A DNA stretch of 64,000 nt, taken from assembly GCA_051010795.1 (NCBI GenBank), contig JBPCVE010000273.1:128-64127 (forward strand), read 5' to 3'. The stretch's first letter is position 1. Every line of letters starts with the position of its first letter. The notes beneath the pieces are model-generated. The model did not search any database, had not been told where the DNA came from, and saw only the letters and a list, made by a program, of their open reading frames with translations. Positions 29,301 to 39,034 of this stretch are shown here, one piece after another. Position numbers and translations under genes: made by a program. This DNA comes from Rubripirellula sp. (GTDB taxonomy: Bacteria; Planctomycetota; Planctomycetia; Pirellulales; Pirellulaceae).

Positions 29301-29363
29301 CCAAGACTTGTAGTGATCGCCAGCGTCCTGCTGAACCTCGATGAGACGCTGATGAAACCGTAG
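26355..29363 (+). CDS. planctomycete cytochrome c + DUF1549 + DUF1553 (PSD1) protein with a discoidin-like insert
   Basis: YNRDVRPILAEHCFSCHG, NPIDSFI, YGEHWARMWLDLARYADT, CAKCHSHKYDPI, ALDGKPDAGW insert, NPLTARVTVNRIW, PSHPELLDWLA, TNTPLQAL. Confidence 0.92.
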   Translation: MLCLSNKTFPPQMHPFSGSGLGILLSGIFLVLSDPGGCLHAQDAAPSNPVAATAVQYNRDVRPILAEHCFSCHGLDTKAREADLRLDERALAIESGAIVPHKPDQSELLVRITAAEAEIVMPPPETGHKLSAPQISTLKSWITSGAEYQKHWSFVVPKKSTPPANSSNLTAVNPIDSFILARVEQAGLTPSRLAERGTILRRTALDLTGLPPAPELVQSFLNDESPDAYEKLVDRLLESDRYGEHWARMWLDLARYADTKGYEKDRHRNIWRYRDWVIDAFNRDLPFDQFTIEQLGGDLLPERTDDQILATAFHRNTMTNDEGGTDNEEFRIAAVKDRVDTTLQVWMGLTMGCAKCHSHKYDPISIQDYYSFLSYFNQTQDADNEAPFHTTPTAVQAAELAELTLKLQQATKLSAQRPADFTERFEKWKKALQKRPLWQPLSLKEFKSEAGVQMNQDEQDRLIVSGDRPQKDTWQITFDVPALPDGKTYTSFRIDHFPKSIGGGDWADKNVAIRELTVELQQADGEFKSIKLKNPRATFSQRGWNVASALDGKPDAGWGLSPRFGEAQAAIFDFDAPITGGTLKVTLEQQYGEGLLLARSRFSISQNPVQWLRAELQPDPEKVFTETVFPETMRRLKATQAAQDQLQKFRKQLPSTPVMFDLDAKRQRATRIHNRGNFLDQGEEVTASVLTAFSPLPANAPANRLGVAQWLMKSDNPLTARVTVNRIWARIFGIGLVETEEDFGTQGMLPSHPELLDWLAVEFREQGWSLKQLIKTIVMSRTYRQSSIVNDKALALDPRNRLLSRGPRFRLSAEMVRDQALAVSGLLANKVGGPSVMPPQPPGIWKSTYSGEKWKNAEGEDRYRRGLYTYLKRTSPYPAMTTFDAGSGEVCQIRRIRTNTPLQALITLNDVVYLEAAGQLAKRMETAAEDLDTKLAAGFQMVLVREADASEISRLHKLYDSLKDELSDGNELLDSAKLTEGDPRLVVIASVLLNLDETLMKP

Positions 29364-29502
29364 TCAATGAACGCGCCAAGTACTAACAACAACAATCGCA
29401 AACCTACCACCGAAGCATCGCGTCAGGCACGAAAAGCTGTCCGAGAAACTGAGACAGCTCTGCTGAACAAGTGATGCAAAGAACCGGAACTGAAAGACAA
29501 CC

Positions 29503-31002
29503 ATGGAACTTTCCCTGCCCCTTCAAAAACTTCGTGGCGTCACTCGACGACACTTTTTCGGGCAAACAGGACTTGGATTCGGCGCCCTTGCGCTGAACTC
29601 CATCCTTGCTCGCGATGGATATGCGGAAGACGCATCGTTTCAAATTCCTTCCAAAGTCAAGTCCGTGATCTACCTGCACATGGCTGGATCACCCTCACAA
29701 CTCGATCTTTTCGAGAACAAACCCGCACTGGCGAAACTGCACGACACGGAGTGCCCGCAGGAGTATCTGGAAGGAAAACGTTTTGCCTTTATCAAAGGCA
29801 CCCCCAAGATGCTCGGCCCACAATTCAGTTACAAGCAACATGGTGATACCGGTCAATGGGTCAGCGAGTTGCTACCCAATTTGTGCCGACAGATTGATGA
29901 CCTTTGTATCATCCGTTCCATCAGCACGGAGCAGTTCAACCATTCACCCGCACAACTGCTGATGCAAACCGGCAATCCGCTACTGGGTTACCCAGCCATG
30001 GGCTCATGGGTAACGTACGGTCTGGGCAGCGAAAACGAGAATCTGCCAGGATTTGTCGTACTTTCCTCCGGCGGAAAAACGCCTAGCGCGGGCAAGTCAT
30101 TGTGGGGCAGCGGATTCCTGCCAACCGTTTATCAAGGTGTTCAATGCCGGACTGATGGTGGTGATCCGATACTTTACCTGTCGGACCCCAAAGGCATCAG
30201 CCGATCGGCGAGACGAAAAACACTTGATGCTTTGAATGATCTGAACCGTTACCAGCATCAACATGTTGGTGACCCCGAGACCATGACCCGCATCGCGCAG
30301 TACGAACTTGCCTACCGGATGCAGACGTCTGTCCCGGAGGTCATGGACATCAGTCGTGAGTCACAGGCAACCATGGATCTTTATGGTGCCAAGCCCGGAT
30401 TTGTATCCAAAGCAGAATCAGCTGCTGATCCTCGCGCTTTATACAAAGGCGATGATGCCACGTTTGCAAACAACTGCCTGCTGGCCCGACGGCTGGTTGA
30501 AAATGGTGTGCGTTTTGTTCAGCTGTACGACTGGGGTTGGGACCACCACGGTTCGAGCCCAGGCGAGTCCATTGATGAAACACTGCCGATCAAATGTCGT
30601 CAGATCGATCAAGCAATCGCCGCATTATTGGCAGACCTGAAGCAACGCGGCATGTTCGATGAAACACTCGTTGTCTGGGGTGGTGAATTCGGCCGCACGC
30701 CGATGATGCAAAACAACGTCAACAAAAAACTTGTGAAGGGATTCATCGGTCGCGACCACCATCCTCATGCATTCACGATGTGGATGGCCGGGGGAGGAAT
30801 CAAACCCGGCATGTACGGACAAACCGACGACATCGGCTACTATCCTGTCGAAGACCCCGTGAGTGTCCGCGATCTGCAGGCTACAATCCTGCACCAGATA
30901 GGACTCGACCCCTATCGATTCAACTTTCCGTACCAGGGATTGAATCAGCGTCTGATCGGCCCAACGCAAAAAGGACGTGTCCTCACCGACATCCTGCTGT
31001 AA
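29503..31002 (+). CDS. DUF1501 family protein (Tat signal)
   Basis: TRRHFF twin-arginine leader; MAGSPSQLDLF, ARRLVENGVRFVQL, WDHH, GEFGRTP, GRDHH. Confidence 0.93.
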   Translation: MELSLPLQKLRGVTRRHFFGQTGLGFGALALNSILARDGYAEDASFQIPSKVKSVIYLHMAGSPSQLDLFENKPALAKLHDTECPQEYLEGKRFAFIKGTPKMLGPQFSYKQHGDTGQWVSELLPNLCRQIDDLCIIRSISTEQFNHSPAQLLMQTGNPLLGYPAMGSWVTYGLGSENENLPGFVVLSSGGKTPSAGKSLWGSGFLPTVYQGVQCRTDGGDPILYLSDPKGISRSARRKTLDALNDLNRYQHQHVGDPETMTRIAQYELAYRMQTSVPEVMDISRESQATMDLYGAKPGFVSKAESAADPRALYKGDDATFANNCLLARRLVENGVRFVQLYDWGWDHHGSSPGESIDETLPIKCRQIDQAIAALLADLKQRGMFDETLVVWGGEFGRTPMMQNNVNKKLVKGFIGRDHHPHAFTMWMAGGGIKPGMYGQTDDIGYYPVEDPVSVRDLQATILHQIGLDPYRFNFPYQGLNQRLIGPTQKGRVLTDILL

Positions 31003-31040
31003 AGACCGCGTGTCACTCACTCCCCCCGTGACGCAGGGTC

Positions 31041-31074
31041 CCCCACGCCGCTGTTCACCCCACACCGCTGTTCA
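31041..31074. repeat. 17-bp tandem duplication
   Basis: ccccacgccgctgttca / ccccacaccgctgttca. Confidence 0.85.
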
Positions 31075-31076
31075 CA

Positions 31077-32616
31077 GTGTGGAAGCAAACAACGAACCTT
31101 GATCCCACAAACGATCATGACCATGCCGTTACCGACGCGGACGTAGAGCGTGTCAATTCAGTCAGTGCAAACGGTGGTTACTGGAGTGCTGACTTGGCTC
31201 CTACCTATCCCTCCTTCTCAATGGAAATGGGGCCTGAAGGATGTCATCGCTCTGTGGGTTGCCCTCTCGGCCTGCATTCCGACATACATGCTGGCATCTT
31301 CCCTAATCGAAGAGGGCATGAATTGGTTACAAGCAGTGGCAACTATTTTCTTGGGCAATCTGATCGTTCTCGTCCCTATGGTTCTCAACGCACATGCAGG
31401 AACCAAATACGGAATACCATTTCCTGTACTCTGCCGAGCTTCTTTTGGCATTCGTGGTGCGAACGTGCCGGCCATGCTGCGGGCCTTGGTGGCTTGTGGC
31501 TGATTTGGAATTCAATGCTGGATCGGCGGCTGGGCGATCTACAAAGTGATTGAGATTTACCAGCCACATTGGGACACTCTACCCAAGCTGGCAGGACTGG
31601 GCATCAATACCCCTCAACTGATCTGTTTCCTGATTTTCTGGTTGGTGAATCAAGCCATCATTTGGCGAGGCATTGAATCAATCCGCTTACTACTGAACAT
31701 CAAGGCGCCTCTACTGATTGGCTTGGGACTCGCGTTATTGTACTGGGCGTATCGGTCAGCCAATGGTTTTGGATCAATGCTTTCGCAGCCATCATCGTTT
31801 AGTTCAGGGGAAGACAAAGCGGGACAGTTTCGGGATTTCATCTTGCCAGCCTTAACAGCGAATGTTGGATTTTGGGCCACGCTGTCATTGAACATTCCCG
31901 ATTTCACGCGATATGTGCGAACACAACGTGATCAGGTTCTCGGTCAGGCGATTGGGCTTCCTTTGACGATGGGACTGTATTCTTTCATCGGTGTTGCCGT
32001 GACCTCTGCAACGGTCGTGATTTACGGTGCCCCGATTTGGGATCCTGTTGACCTGCTTGCCAAGTTCTCCAATCCGCTATGGCAAGTCATCGGTTTGATT
32101 GGCCTAGTGATAGCCACCCTGGCAACGAACCTGGCAGCCAACGTGATTGGTCCCGCTAACGATTTTGCGAATCTTTGGCCGCGTCGCATCAATTTTCGAA
32201 TGGGAGCCATGATCACGGGTGCCATTGGAATCGTGATCCAGCCATGGCGACTGGTCGAAGACCCGAGTGGATACATTTCCACTTGGCTTGTTGCTTATTC
32301 TGCTCTTCTGGGAGCTGTTGGGGGCGTGATGATCTGTGACAACTTCCTGAATCGCAGAATGCGTTTACAGCTTGATGCGTTGTATTCTTGTGAGGGCCCC
32401 TACTGGTACAAGCGAGGTTTTCACACTGCGGGTATCGTCGCATTGCTTGCCGGTATCATCCCGTGCATACCGGGTTTCCTGAGTGCGATCGGAGTGGTCA
32501 ATGTCGCTTGCATTTGGACCAGTCTTTACCACTATGCGTGGTTCATCAGCTTTGGCCTGTCATTTCTTGTTTACCTTGTTGCCATCACAATGAACCGTCG
32601 CAACACAACCGCGTAA
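31077..32616 (+). pseudogene. NCS1 nucleobase:cation symporter pseudogene
   Basis: DLAP...CIPTYM, GTKYGIPFPVLCRASFG, ACG*FGIQ (TGA at 31501 where Trp is expected), FWATLSLNIPDFTRY, NLAANV; frameshift from a 4-bp CCTA duplication at 31200-31207; start uncertain. Confidence 0.88.
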
Positions 32617-32648
32617 CAACCTGTAATTGAAAAGCAACGAGTACACGA

Positions 32649-33433
32649 ATGGTTACGAGCGGCCCCGGGGAACGGGCGGTAAAGAAGACACATTACGATA
32701 CCATCTCCCAGGACTACAAAGAATCCAAACTCCTACCATGGCGTGATCACGTTGAATAACACACGTTGATGCAACTTGCAGGCTCAATCACAGGCCAACG
32801 AGTGATCGATTTGGCATGTGGTAAAGGATATTTCACCCGATTGCTTAAGCAAAAGGGCGTCGCATCAATCTTCGGTGTCGATGTATCCAAGGGAATGATC
32901 GAATTGGCGTTAGCCGAAGAAAGAAAGCGGCCTTTGGATATCGAATATCGCGTCCAGGATGTGCGCGACCTGAAGGTCAACGTTGACTACGACCTTGCTT
33001 TTGCTGCTTGGTTGCTAAATTGCGCTACCGACACTCAGCAACTGTTACGAATGGGGCAAGCCATCGCCGAATTGCTGAAACCGGGTGGAAGATTTGTGAC
33101 GATCAATACCAACCCGGATGATCCCATTTCCAAATGGGAAGACCACACGGATTCACCAAGCACACCTGCGTTTCAGACCAAGAGGGTGCTGCTATCCCTG
33201 AAGGCACGCCGGTGGTATGGAAACTGGTTTTACCAAAAGGCAAACAGATCGAAATCACGAACTATCACCTGTCCAAGACAACCGTGACCAACACGCTACT
33301 GGCATCGGGATTTCGTGAAGTCAACTGGCATCCTCCCAAAGTCTCGCCCGCGGCGATCCAAGCGGATGGATACGATCACTGGAAGCCATTTGTGGCTTCA
33401 CCACCTTTTGTCTTTCTGGAGTGTCATACGTGA
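32649..33433 (+). pseudogene. class I SAM-dependent methyltransferase pseudogene
   Basis: YDTISQDYK-SK-LPWR, in-frame TAA at 32757, VIDLACGKG, GVDVSKGMI, LKPGGRFV, frameshift near 33130, C-terminal GFREVNWH. Confidence 0.85.
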
Positions 33434-33572
33434 CGCATTCAACCCTTTGCGATAGCGAGTGCGGTAGTTTCAAACTCAACATCAAAATGTAGAAGTCAAA
33501 GATAAACGGGAACGCACAGCAAAGTCGTGCTTCCAGTTACAAAAAGGCTCGCCTTCCTTTCTTCGACCAACG

Positions 33573-33618
33573 TTGCTGTGTGCAGGCACGGGTTTGCTGT
33601 GTGCAGGCACGGGTTTGC
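33573..33618. repeat. perfect 21-bp tandem duplication
   Basis: ttgctgtgtgcaggcacgggt twice plus ttgc, immediately downstream of the minus-strand stop at 33623. Confidence 0.9.
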
Positions 33619-33622
33619 GAGA

Positions 33623-34936
33623 CTACTTCAGCACCGTATCCGTAAAGTCCAGAAACCAGTTCCAATCGACTTCCCCCAGACCGTGTCCGCCACTACGAAT
33701 ATGGTATCCCGTGTTCCCCACGACCCTGGGCGTATTCAACGCTGGCATGGTTGTTTCCGTGATGGACTGTTTACCTAGCAATTCAAAGACAGGTGCAGCG
33801 GCGACCAGCGATGCGTACTCACCTTTGGGGTCTGCCCACAAGTCCTCATCAGAACTGGCGACATAGACCGATCGAGGGGCAATCAACGCCATCACTTCAT
33901 GCTGGTCAACAGGCAGTTCGGACTCGCGTTGAGCGTAATTCGAAAATGGTTCACAGAACCAGTGTGGAAAACTGGAAGTGATTCGACCGACCGTTTCTCC
34001 ATAGGCGCGTCGCGACAGTGCAGCGCCACCACACCCTGAATTATTGCTATACGCGACGGCAAAACGCGGATCCTCGCAAGCTGCCCACAACGATGTTTTG
34101 CCACCTCGTGAATGCCCGACGACAGCTACTTTGCTTGCATCGATCATAGACACTTTTTCCAAGTGGTCCAACACTCGACTGGCGCCCCAACCCCAAGCTG
34201 ACAAGCTGCGCCATGCTCTCGAAGTCGGGGGAGCACCACCCGCAAAAAAGGCTCGGATACCTTTGGGGTATCCATCTTTCTTGTCTGGATCTACATCAGA
34301 AGTGTAAAAACAAGCCGTCGCATAACCACGCTGAACAATTGTCTTCGCGGGCCAAAATGGATCATTTTCTCGAATCGCTTTTTCCAACGGAATGAAGTAA
34401 CGATTGTTGATGTGAATCACAGCTGGCACTTGCCCCTGGACTCCATTTGGAATGAACAACACAAAGGGAAACTTGTACTGCTGGTTTCCGACACTCACCA
34501 CTGCGACCCTACTGTGGCCCGTCGCCAACCCGTCCCAAACATCTTTTTGCTCTTCAACCTGCTCAAAAGTCAGCGAGTAATTGATCTGGGGACGCTGGCC
34601 GTAAACCTCATTACGAAACAAAGACATCAGCTCTTCACGTCTCAATTGACTCCAATCATCCGCTGTGACAATCGGTCTCCCCGTTTGACTGACCAGAGGA
34701 TCAGGAAGTTGAAAAGCCGGAACTTTGGACTCCTGGTAATTAAATTCTTTCCGCCTTTCGGAATTCTTTTTGACCAACGCTGGTTGAGCTTTCCATGGCT
34801 CTACGTGCTCTTTGGAATCAGAAACCACGGCTTGTCCAGAGCAAAGCCCCCCCGCAGCGATGGCTTGCAGCCAGCAAACCAACATTGCCATGGGAATCCA
34901 GCTACCATTTGTGGTTATTGTTTTGGCGGTTTTCAT
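33623..34936 (-). CDS. CE15-like (glucuronoyl esterase-type) alpha/beta hydrolase, secreted
   Basis: LPDPL, SAWGWGASRVLD, GHSRGGK, SGCGGAAL, FPHWF, LPVDQH, WADPKGE, YHIRSGGH. Confidence 0.85.
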   Translation of the reverse strand: MKTAKTITTNGSWIPMAMLVCWLQAIAAGGLCSGQAVVSDSKEHVEPWKAQPALVKKNSERRKEFNYQESKVPAFQLPDPLVSQTGRPIVTADDWSQLRREELMSLFRNEVYGQRPQINYSLTFEQVEEQKDVWDGLATGHSRVAVVSVGNQQYKFPFVLFIPNGVQGQVPAVIHINNRYFIPLEKAIRENDPFWPAKTIVQRGYATACFYTSDVDPDKKDGYPKGIRAFFAGGAPPTSRAWRSLSAWGWGASRVLDHLEKVSMIDASKVAVVGHSRGGKTSLWAACEDPRFAVAYSNNSGCGGAALSRRAYGETVGRITSSFPHWFCEPFSNYAQRESELPVDQHEVMALIAPRSVYVASSDEDLWADPKGEYASLVAAAPVFELLGKQSITETTMPALNTPRVVGNTGYHIRSGGHGLGEVDWNWFLDFTDTVLK

Positions 34937-35135
34937 TGCAGAAGCCTTGTGGATGCGGGGTGGGTGCCTCCGTTTATAGTAGCGTCAGACACGGATGCCA
35001 GCCTCCCTTGGCGAATTTCAGGCAAAACCAAAGCGATCCAGAACTCGAGACATCCTGTGGTGTTCACTTACTGTCTCCGAGTCTGCCTTGATCATTCGTC
35101 GAAATTTTCCCTTATACAATTCAACAGGAAATCCC

Positions 35136-36020
35136 ATGAAATGTCTCACATGCTTAGGCGTCGCTTTAACACTGGCGATTGGTTTTCAAGCTGATGCTCA
35201 AGATCAGCGTGAAACAAAGCCGCGCGGTGTGCAGCAAGAGGATAATGGCCCCGGTGGCCCTGGACGTGGGGGACGCGGCGGCCCTGGCATTGGTGGCCCC
35301 GGACAAGGTGGCCCTGGCATTGGTGGCCCCGGACAAGGTGGCCCCGGACAAGGTGGACGCCCTGGCATCGGTGGACCCGGACAAGGTGGACCTGGACAAG
35401 GTGGCCCCGGTTTTGGCGGGCGAGGTCAGGGCAATCGTGGAGGTGCAGCAGGTGGTCGTGGTGGCATGATGAGTTTTCTGCCGGTTCTTGTGGCCTTGGA
35501 TGCCAATCGCGACGGCGAAATCTCGGCAACTGAAATCGACAACGCCGCTAAAGCTTTAAAAACACTTGATAAGAACAAAGATGGAAAACTAACTGCTGAT
35601 GAACTGCAGCCAGCGTTGGGTGGACGTGGCGGCGGATCACGGGGTACAGGAAGTCGCAGTGGAGGCAGCCGAGGCGGTGAAGAGCGTGGCTCTGAAGGTC
35701 GTGTCGCTCCAAGCAGTGGTCCTGAACGTGGTTTTCAGCGCGGCGCCCCCGGCGGGGGAGCGATGAGTGCTGCCAGCCGCCTGATGGGATTTGATGAAAA
35801 CAAAGATGGCAAGATCAGCAAGGACGAACTACCCGAGCGAATGCAACCACTGATGGTCCGAATTGATCGCGACAAGGACGGTTTTCTTTCCAAGGATGAA
35901 CTCGAGTCAATGGGCGGGTCAGGTGGACGACGCCCTGGTGGTGCTGGCGGTCGCGGACCAGATGGTGCTGGCGGTGCCAGCCCACAAGGTGAACGCCCAC
36001 GGCGACCACCCGTTGAGTGA
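35136..36020 (+). CDS. secreted Gly-rich protein with four EF-hand loops
   Basis: Signal peptide MKCLT...QADA; GGPGI/GGPGQ repeats; DANRDGEISATE, DKNKDGKLTADE, DENKDGKISKDE, DRDKDGFLSKDE. Confidence 0.85.
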   Translation: MKCLTCLGVALTLAIGFQADAQDQRETKPRGVQQEDNGPGGPGRGGRGGPGIGGPGQGGPGIGGPGQGGPGQGGRPGIGGPGQGGPGQGGPGFGGRGQGNRGGAAGGRGGMMSFLPVLVALDANRDGEISATEIDNAAKALKTLDKNKDGKLTADELQPALGGRGGGSRGTGSRSGGSRGGEERGSEGRVAPSSGPERGFQRGAPGGGAMSAASRLMGFDENKDGKISKDELPERMQPLMVRIDRDKDGFLSKDELESMGGSGGRRPGGAGGRGPDGAGGASPQGERPRRPPVE

Positions 36021-36062
36021 TTCCTGACGAATCATCCTGCTTGAACCGACATCCCCGTCTCT

Positions 36063-36096
36063 TGCCCTGCGATGTACTTCATCGCAGGGCATTTTT
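36063..36096 (+). terminator. intrinsic terminator
   Basis: 12-bp perfect stem tgccctgcgatg / catcgcagggca, 5-nt loop, then TTTTT; about 40 nt after the stop at 36020. Confidence 0.85.
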
Positions 36097-36190
36097 GCGT
36101 ATGAGTCACCTTTGAAATGGTTTACCATGTCTCAGTCTTGCGGAGGTCGATCTTGACACTTGTGACGCACGAACACCCCGCCTGTGTTGC

Positions 36191-36226
36191 CAGGCCTTCA
36201 ACGGTTTGCAGGCCTTCAACGGTCTG
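36191..36226. repeat. 18-bp tandem duplication
   Basis: caggccttcaacggtttg / caggccttcaacggtctg. Confidence 0.85.
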
Positions 36227-36502
36227 CTAAACACTTAAACGGTATACTAAGAGCATGAACTTCCCTTTCGTGGGTAAGCCCAAGCAAGTGGCCCTACCTT
36301 CATTATGAACCATCTTCCGAATTGCTTCACGCTTGCAGATCGTCGCTTCGAATGAGTTTGCCGTTGTACTTACCGACCTCTCCAAGTTCATGTCCCGATG
36401 CAAACGGAAACGCAAATTCCTGTGTTGAGTGGACCGACAACAGCCTGATTCATGAGCGTTGAGGCCACGTACTCGCGTCTTCCTGCAACGACTAACCCGC
36501 CC

Positions 36503-38065
36503 ATGAAAATTGCCACTTGCTGCTTTGGGAAAAAGACAAAAAAGTTTTTCGTCTGCATCTTAATAGCAATCACGACAGCATGCGCCGTCCTCCTGTTCAA
36601 TGCAGTGCAGCTGACGACACGACAAATGGATGTCCGGGCAATCGAGCAAAGCGACATTGATCAGACGGTCGCATTGTCACATTTATCAAATGCCATTCAG
36701 ATTCCGACCGTGTCTTACACCAATCGTGCCAAGAACGACGGTCCCGCGTTCCTTGAGTTTCAAAAACTGCTTGAGTCTTCTTATCCGGCTGTGACTGCAC
36801 GCTTGAAACGATACACGGGCGAGGACTTTGACGACGCAGAAAACGCCAGCCTGCTTTATCAATGGTCAGCCGACACGAACGTAGAGACACCCGCTATTTT
36901 ATTGATGGCACATTACGACGTGGTTGCCATCGAGCAAACATCGCTTGAGGATTGGCAACATCCACCGTTTTCCGGAGTGATCGAAAATGGGTATTTGTGG
37001 GGACGCGGCACCTTGGATGACAAAGGTGCTGTGATCGCGTTGATGGAGGCATGCGAACGTCTGGTCAAATCTGGTTTTGAACCCCAACGTGACATTTATC
37101 TTTCGTTTGGGCATGATGAAGAAATTGGTGGTCAATACGGCAATCAACAGATAGCAACATGGATGCGGAGCAAAGGTATACGGCTGAGCATGGCCCTTGA
37201 TGAAGGAGGTGGCATTTATCGAGGTGTCCCTAGCCTCAAGCAGCCGGCTGCCTTGATTGGTATTGCAGAAAAGGGTTACGTGAATGTCACGATGAGAGCG
37301 CAGTCGAATCAAACCGACGCAGGGCATGCGTCCATTCCTCCCGGAGAAACTGCGATTGGAATTTTGTCGTCTGCAATTACCAAGCTACAACAGAAACCCT
37401 TTCCTGCAAAGCTTGATGGTGGGGTCGACAGAATGCTCGATTACCTCGGTCCTGAAATGTCATTTCTGAACCGAATTGCGATTGGCAATCGGCAACTATT
37501 TAGTTCGATCATCGAAAACCAGTTCAGCAGTACGCCAGCGGGTAACGCTGCTTTGAGAACCACGTTGGCGCCCACCATGATTGAAGCGGGGTTTGCCGAA
37601 AATGCTCTGCCGTCAACAGCTGCCGCAAATCTACATGTCCGAATTCAGCCGGGCGAAAGCGTTGAATCGGCATTGCGTTTCTTGCGTTCCACGATTCAGG
37701 ATGATCGCATCACACTGCACATCGACCAGACGCTGGACGGTAGAACACGAGACCAACTGGCACACCGAGAGCCATCAAGGATCTCTTCTGACGCAAATGA
37801 TTCTTTCAAGGCCTTGCATCGCACGATCAAACAGATTTATCCGGGCGTGGCCGTGGCACCCTTCTTCGTCGTCGCCAGCACCGACTCCGCTCATTACGAT
37901 GATCCCGCCCTCACCAAAGATGTTTACCGCTTCACACCATGGAATTTGGACCGGGCAGGAGTGTCTTTGATCCATGGGGTCAATGAAAGGATTGCCACCA
38001 CTGAGTTCATCCAGATGATCCGTTTCTATGAGCAATTAATCCGCAATTTGGCCGGAAACACGTGA
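36503..38065 (+). CDS. M20 family metallopeptidase/amidohydrolase (carboxypeptidase S / PM20D1-like)
   Basis: N-terminal TM anchor; LLMAHYDVV, WGRGTLDDKG, GHDEEIGG, LDEGG, AEKG, GHAS, STDSAHY, IHGVNER. Confidence 0.9.
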   Translation: MKIATCCFGKKTKKFFVCILIAITTACAVLLFNAVQLTTRQMDVRAIEQSDIDQTVALSHLSNAIQIPTVSYTNRAKNDGPAFLEFQKLLESSYPAVTARLKRYTGEDFDDAENASLLYQWSADTNVETPAILLMAHYDVVAIEQTSLEDWQHPPFSGVIENGYLWGRGTLDDKGAVIALMEACERLVKSGFEPQRDIYLSFGHDEEIGGQYGNQQIATWMRSKGIRLSMALDEGGGIYRGVPSLKQPAALIGIAEKGYVNVTMRAQSNQTDAGHASIPPGETAIGILSSAITKLQQKPFPAKLDGGVDRMLDYLGPEMSFLNRIAIGNRQLFSSIIENQFSSTPAGNAALRTTLAPTMIEAGFAENALPSTAAANLHVRIQPGESVESALRFLRSTIQDDRITLHIDQTLDGRTRDQLAHREPSRISSDANDSFKALHRTIKQIYPGVAVAPFFVVASTDSAHYDDPALTKDVYRFTPWNLDRAGVSLIHGVNERIATTEFIQMIRFYEQLIRNLAGNT

Positions 38066-38190
38066 ATTGAGGTCGATTTAACGAGGGGGGCTGCCTTTGA
38101 ACTACAGTCTCGCGTAGTTCGAGTGGATTTTACAAGTCGACCACCGCCGTCATTAACCCCACCAGTTATCGTGAGCCATTCGGTCGCCCC

Positions 38191-38847
38191 ATGAATCGGT
38201 CAAAAATGTTGAGCTACGGTATCACTGCTGTCTGTCTCGGAATCGTGGGTTACTACGGCTGGAAGTTTACAGCTCGCAACGCCTACGAATCGGCCCGTTA
38301 CAGCGTCGTATCTTCAGATGGCGATTTCGAGGTTCGCAACTACGCGGACCTCGTTTTGGTCTCAACAGCGATGCGATTCGACGCACAGGGAAGCGATGGC
38401 AGCTTTTCGCGGTTGTTTCGCTACATCAGTGGCGACAATGGCCAGCAACAAAAAGTGGCGATGACGACTCCTGTGTTCATGGAACGCGGATATGAGGCGT
38501 CCGCGGAGGAAAGCATGCCCGGTCAAGCCAACCTTGATGGCCGTCCAACGGGGTTCCAATCGGGGCAGATGGCGTTTGTGGTTCCCGAACAAGTGGCCTC
38601 AGGAGGTGCGCCTCAACCGGGCAACACAAACGTCGAATTGCGTCAGCGCCAGGGCGGAAGGTTTGCAGCCATCAGATTTACTGGCCGAATGGGTGACAAA
38701 TCGCTTCGTCAAAAAGAGAGCGAACTACGTCAATGGATGGAGAAGCAAGAACTGATTGCTGCCGGGCCCGTAGAGTATGCAGGCTATGACCCACCATGGA
38801 CGCCTGGCTTCCTGAGACGAAACGAAATCCTGATTCGGGTTGAATGA
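38191..38847 (+). CDS. SOUL heme-binding family protein
   Basis: YESARYSVV, FEVRNY, FSRLFRYISG, VAMTTPV, MAFVVP, YDPPWTPGFLRRNEI. Confidence 0.9.
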   Translation: MNRSKMLSYGITAVCLGIVGYYGWKFTARNAYESARYSVVSSDGDFEVRNYADLVLVSTAMRFDAQGSDGSFSRLFRYISGDNGQQQKVAMTTPVFMERGYEASAEESMPGQANLDGRPTGFQSGQMAFVVPEQVASGGAPQPGNTNVELRQRQGGRFAAIRFTGRMGDKSLRQKESELRQWMEKQELIAAGPVEYAGYDPPWTPGFLRRNEILIRVE

Positions 38848-39034
38848 TTTTCTGTTCAGCATGACTGCTTACCCCAAGCAGCCGAATCGCTAGCGTGCCG
38901 CTCAACTTTCTGGCTACCTTCGAGACGTCGATCGTCGAGTGCATTTTGGGGCACGAGTGAACATCGAGATCCCCTGATGCATTGCTTCGTTTATAATCTC
39001 GCTCCCGATCATCCCGAATGGAGCGACTTTCAAG

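Noticed and set aside
23655-32759. Stop-codon recoding (TAG/TGA at Trp positions in the sulfatase and NCS1 genes)
   Set aside because: The same genes also carry frameshifts, all three stop types occur, and TAG/TGA end many intact genes; TGG to TAG/TGA is a simple transition.
33584-33618. Sigma-54-like GGCACG...TTGC motifs
   Set aside because: GG-to-GC spacing is 9 nt rather than 10, and the site lies between convergent gene ends.
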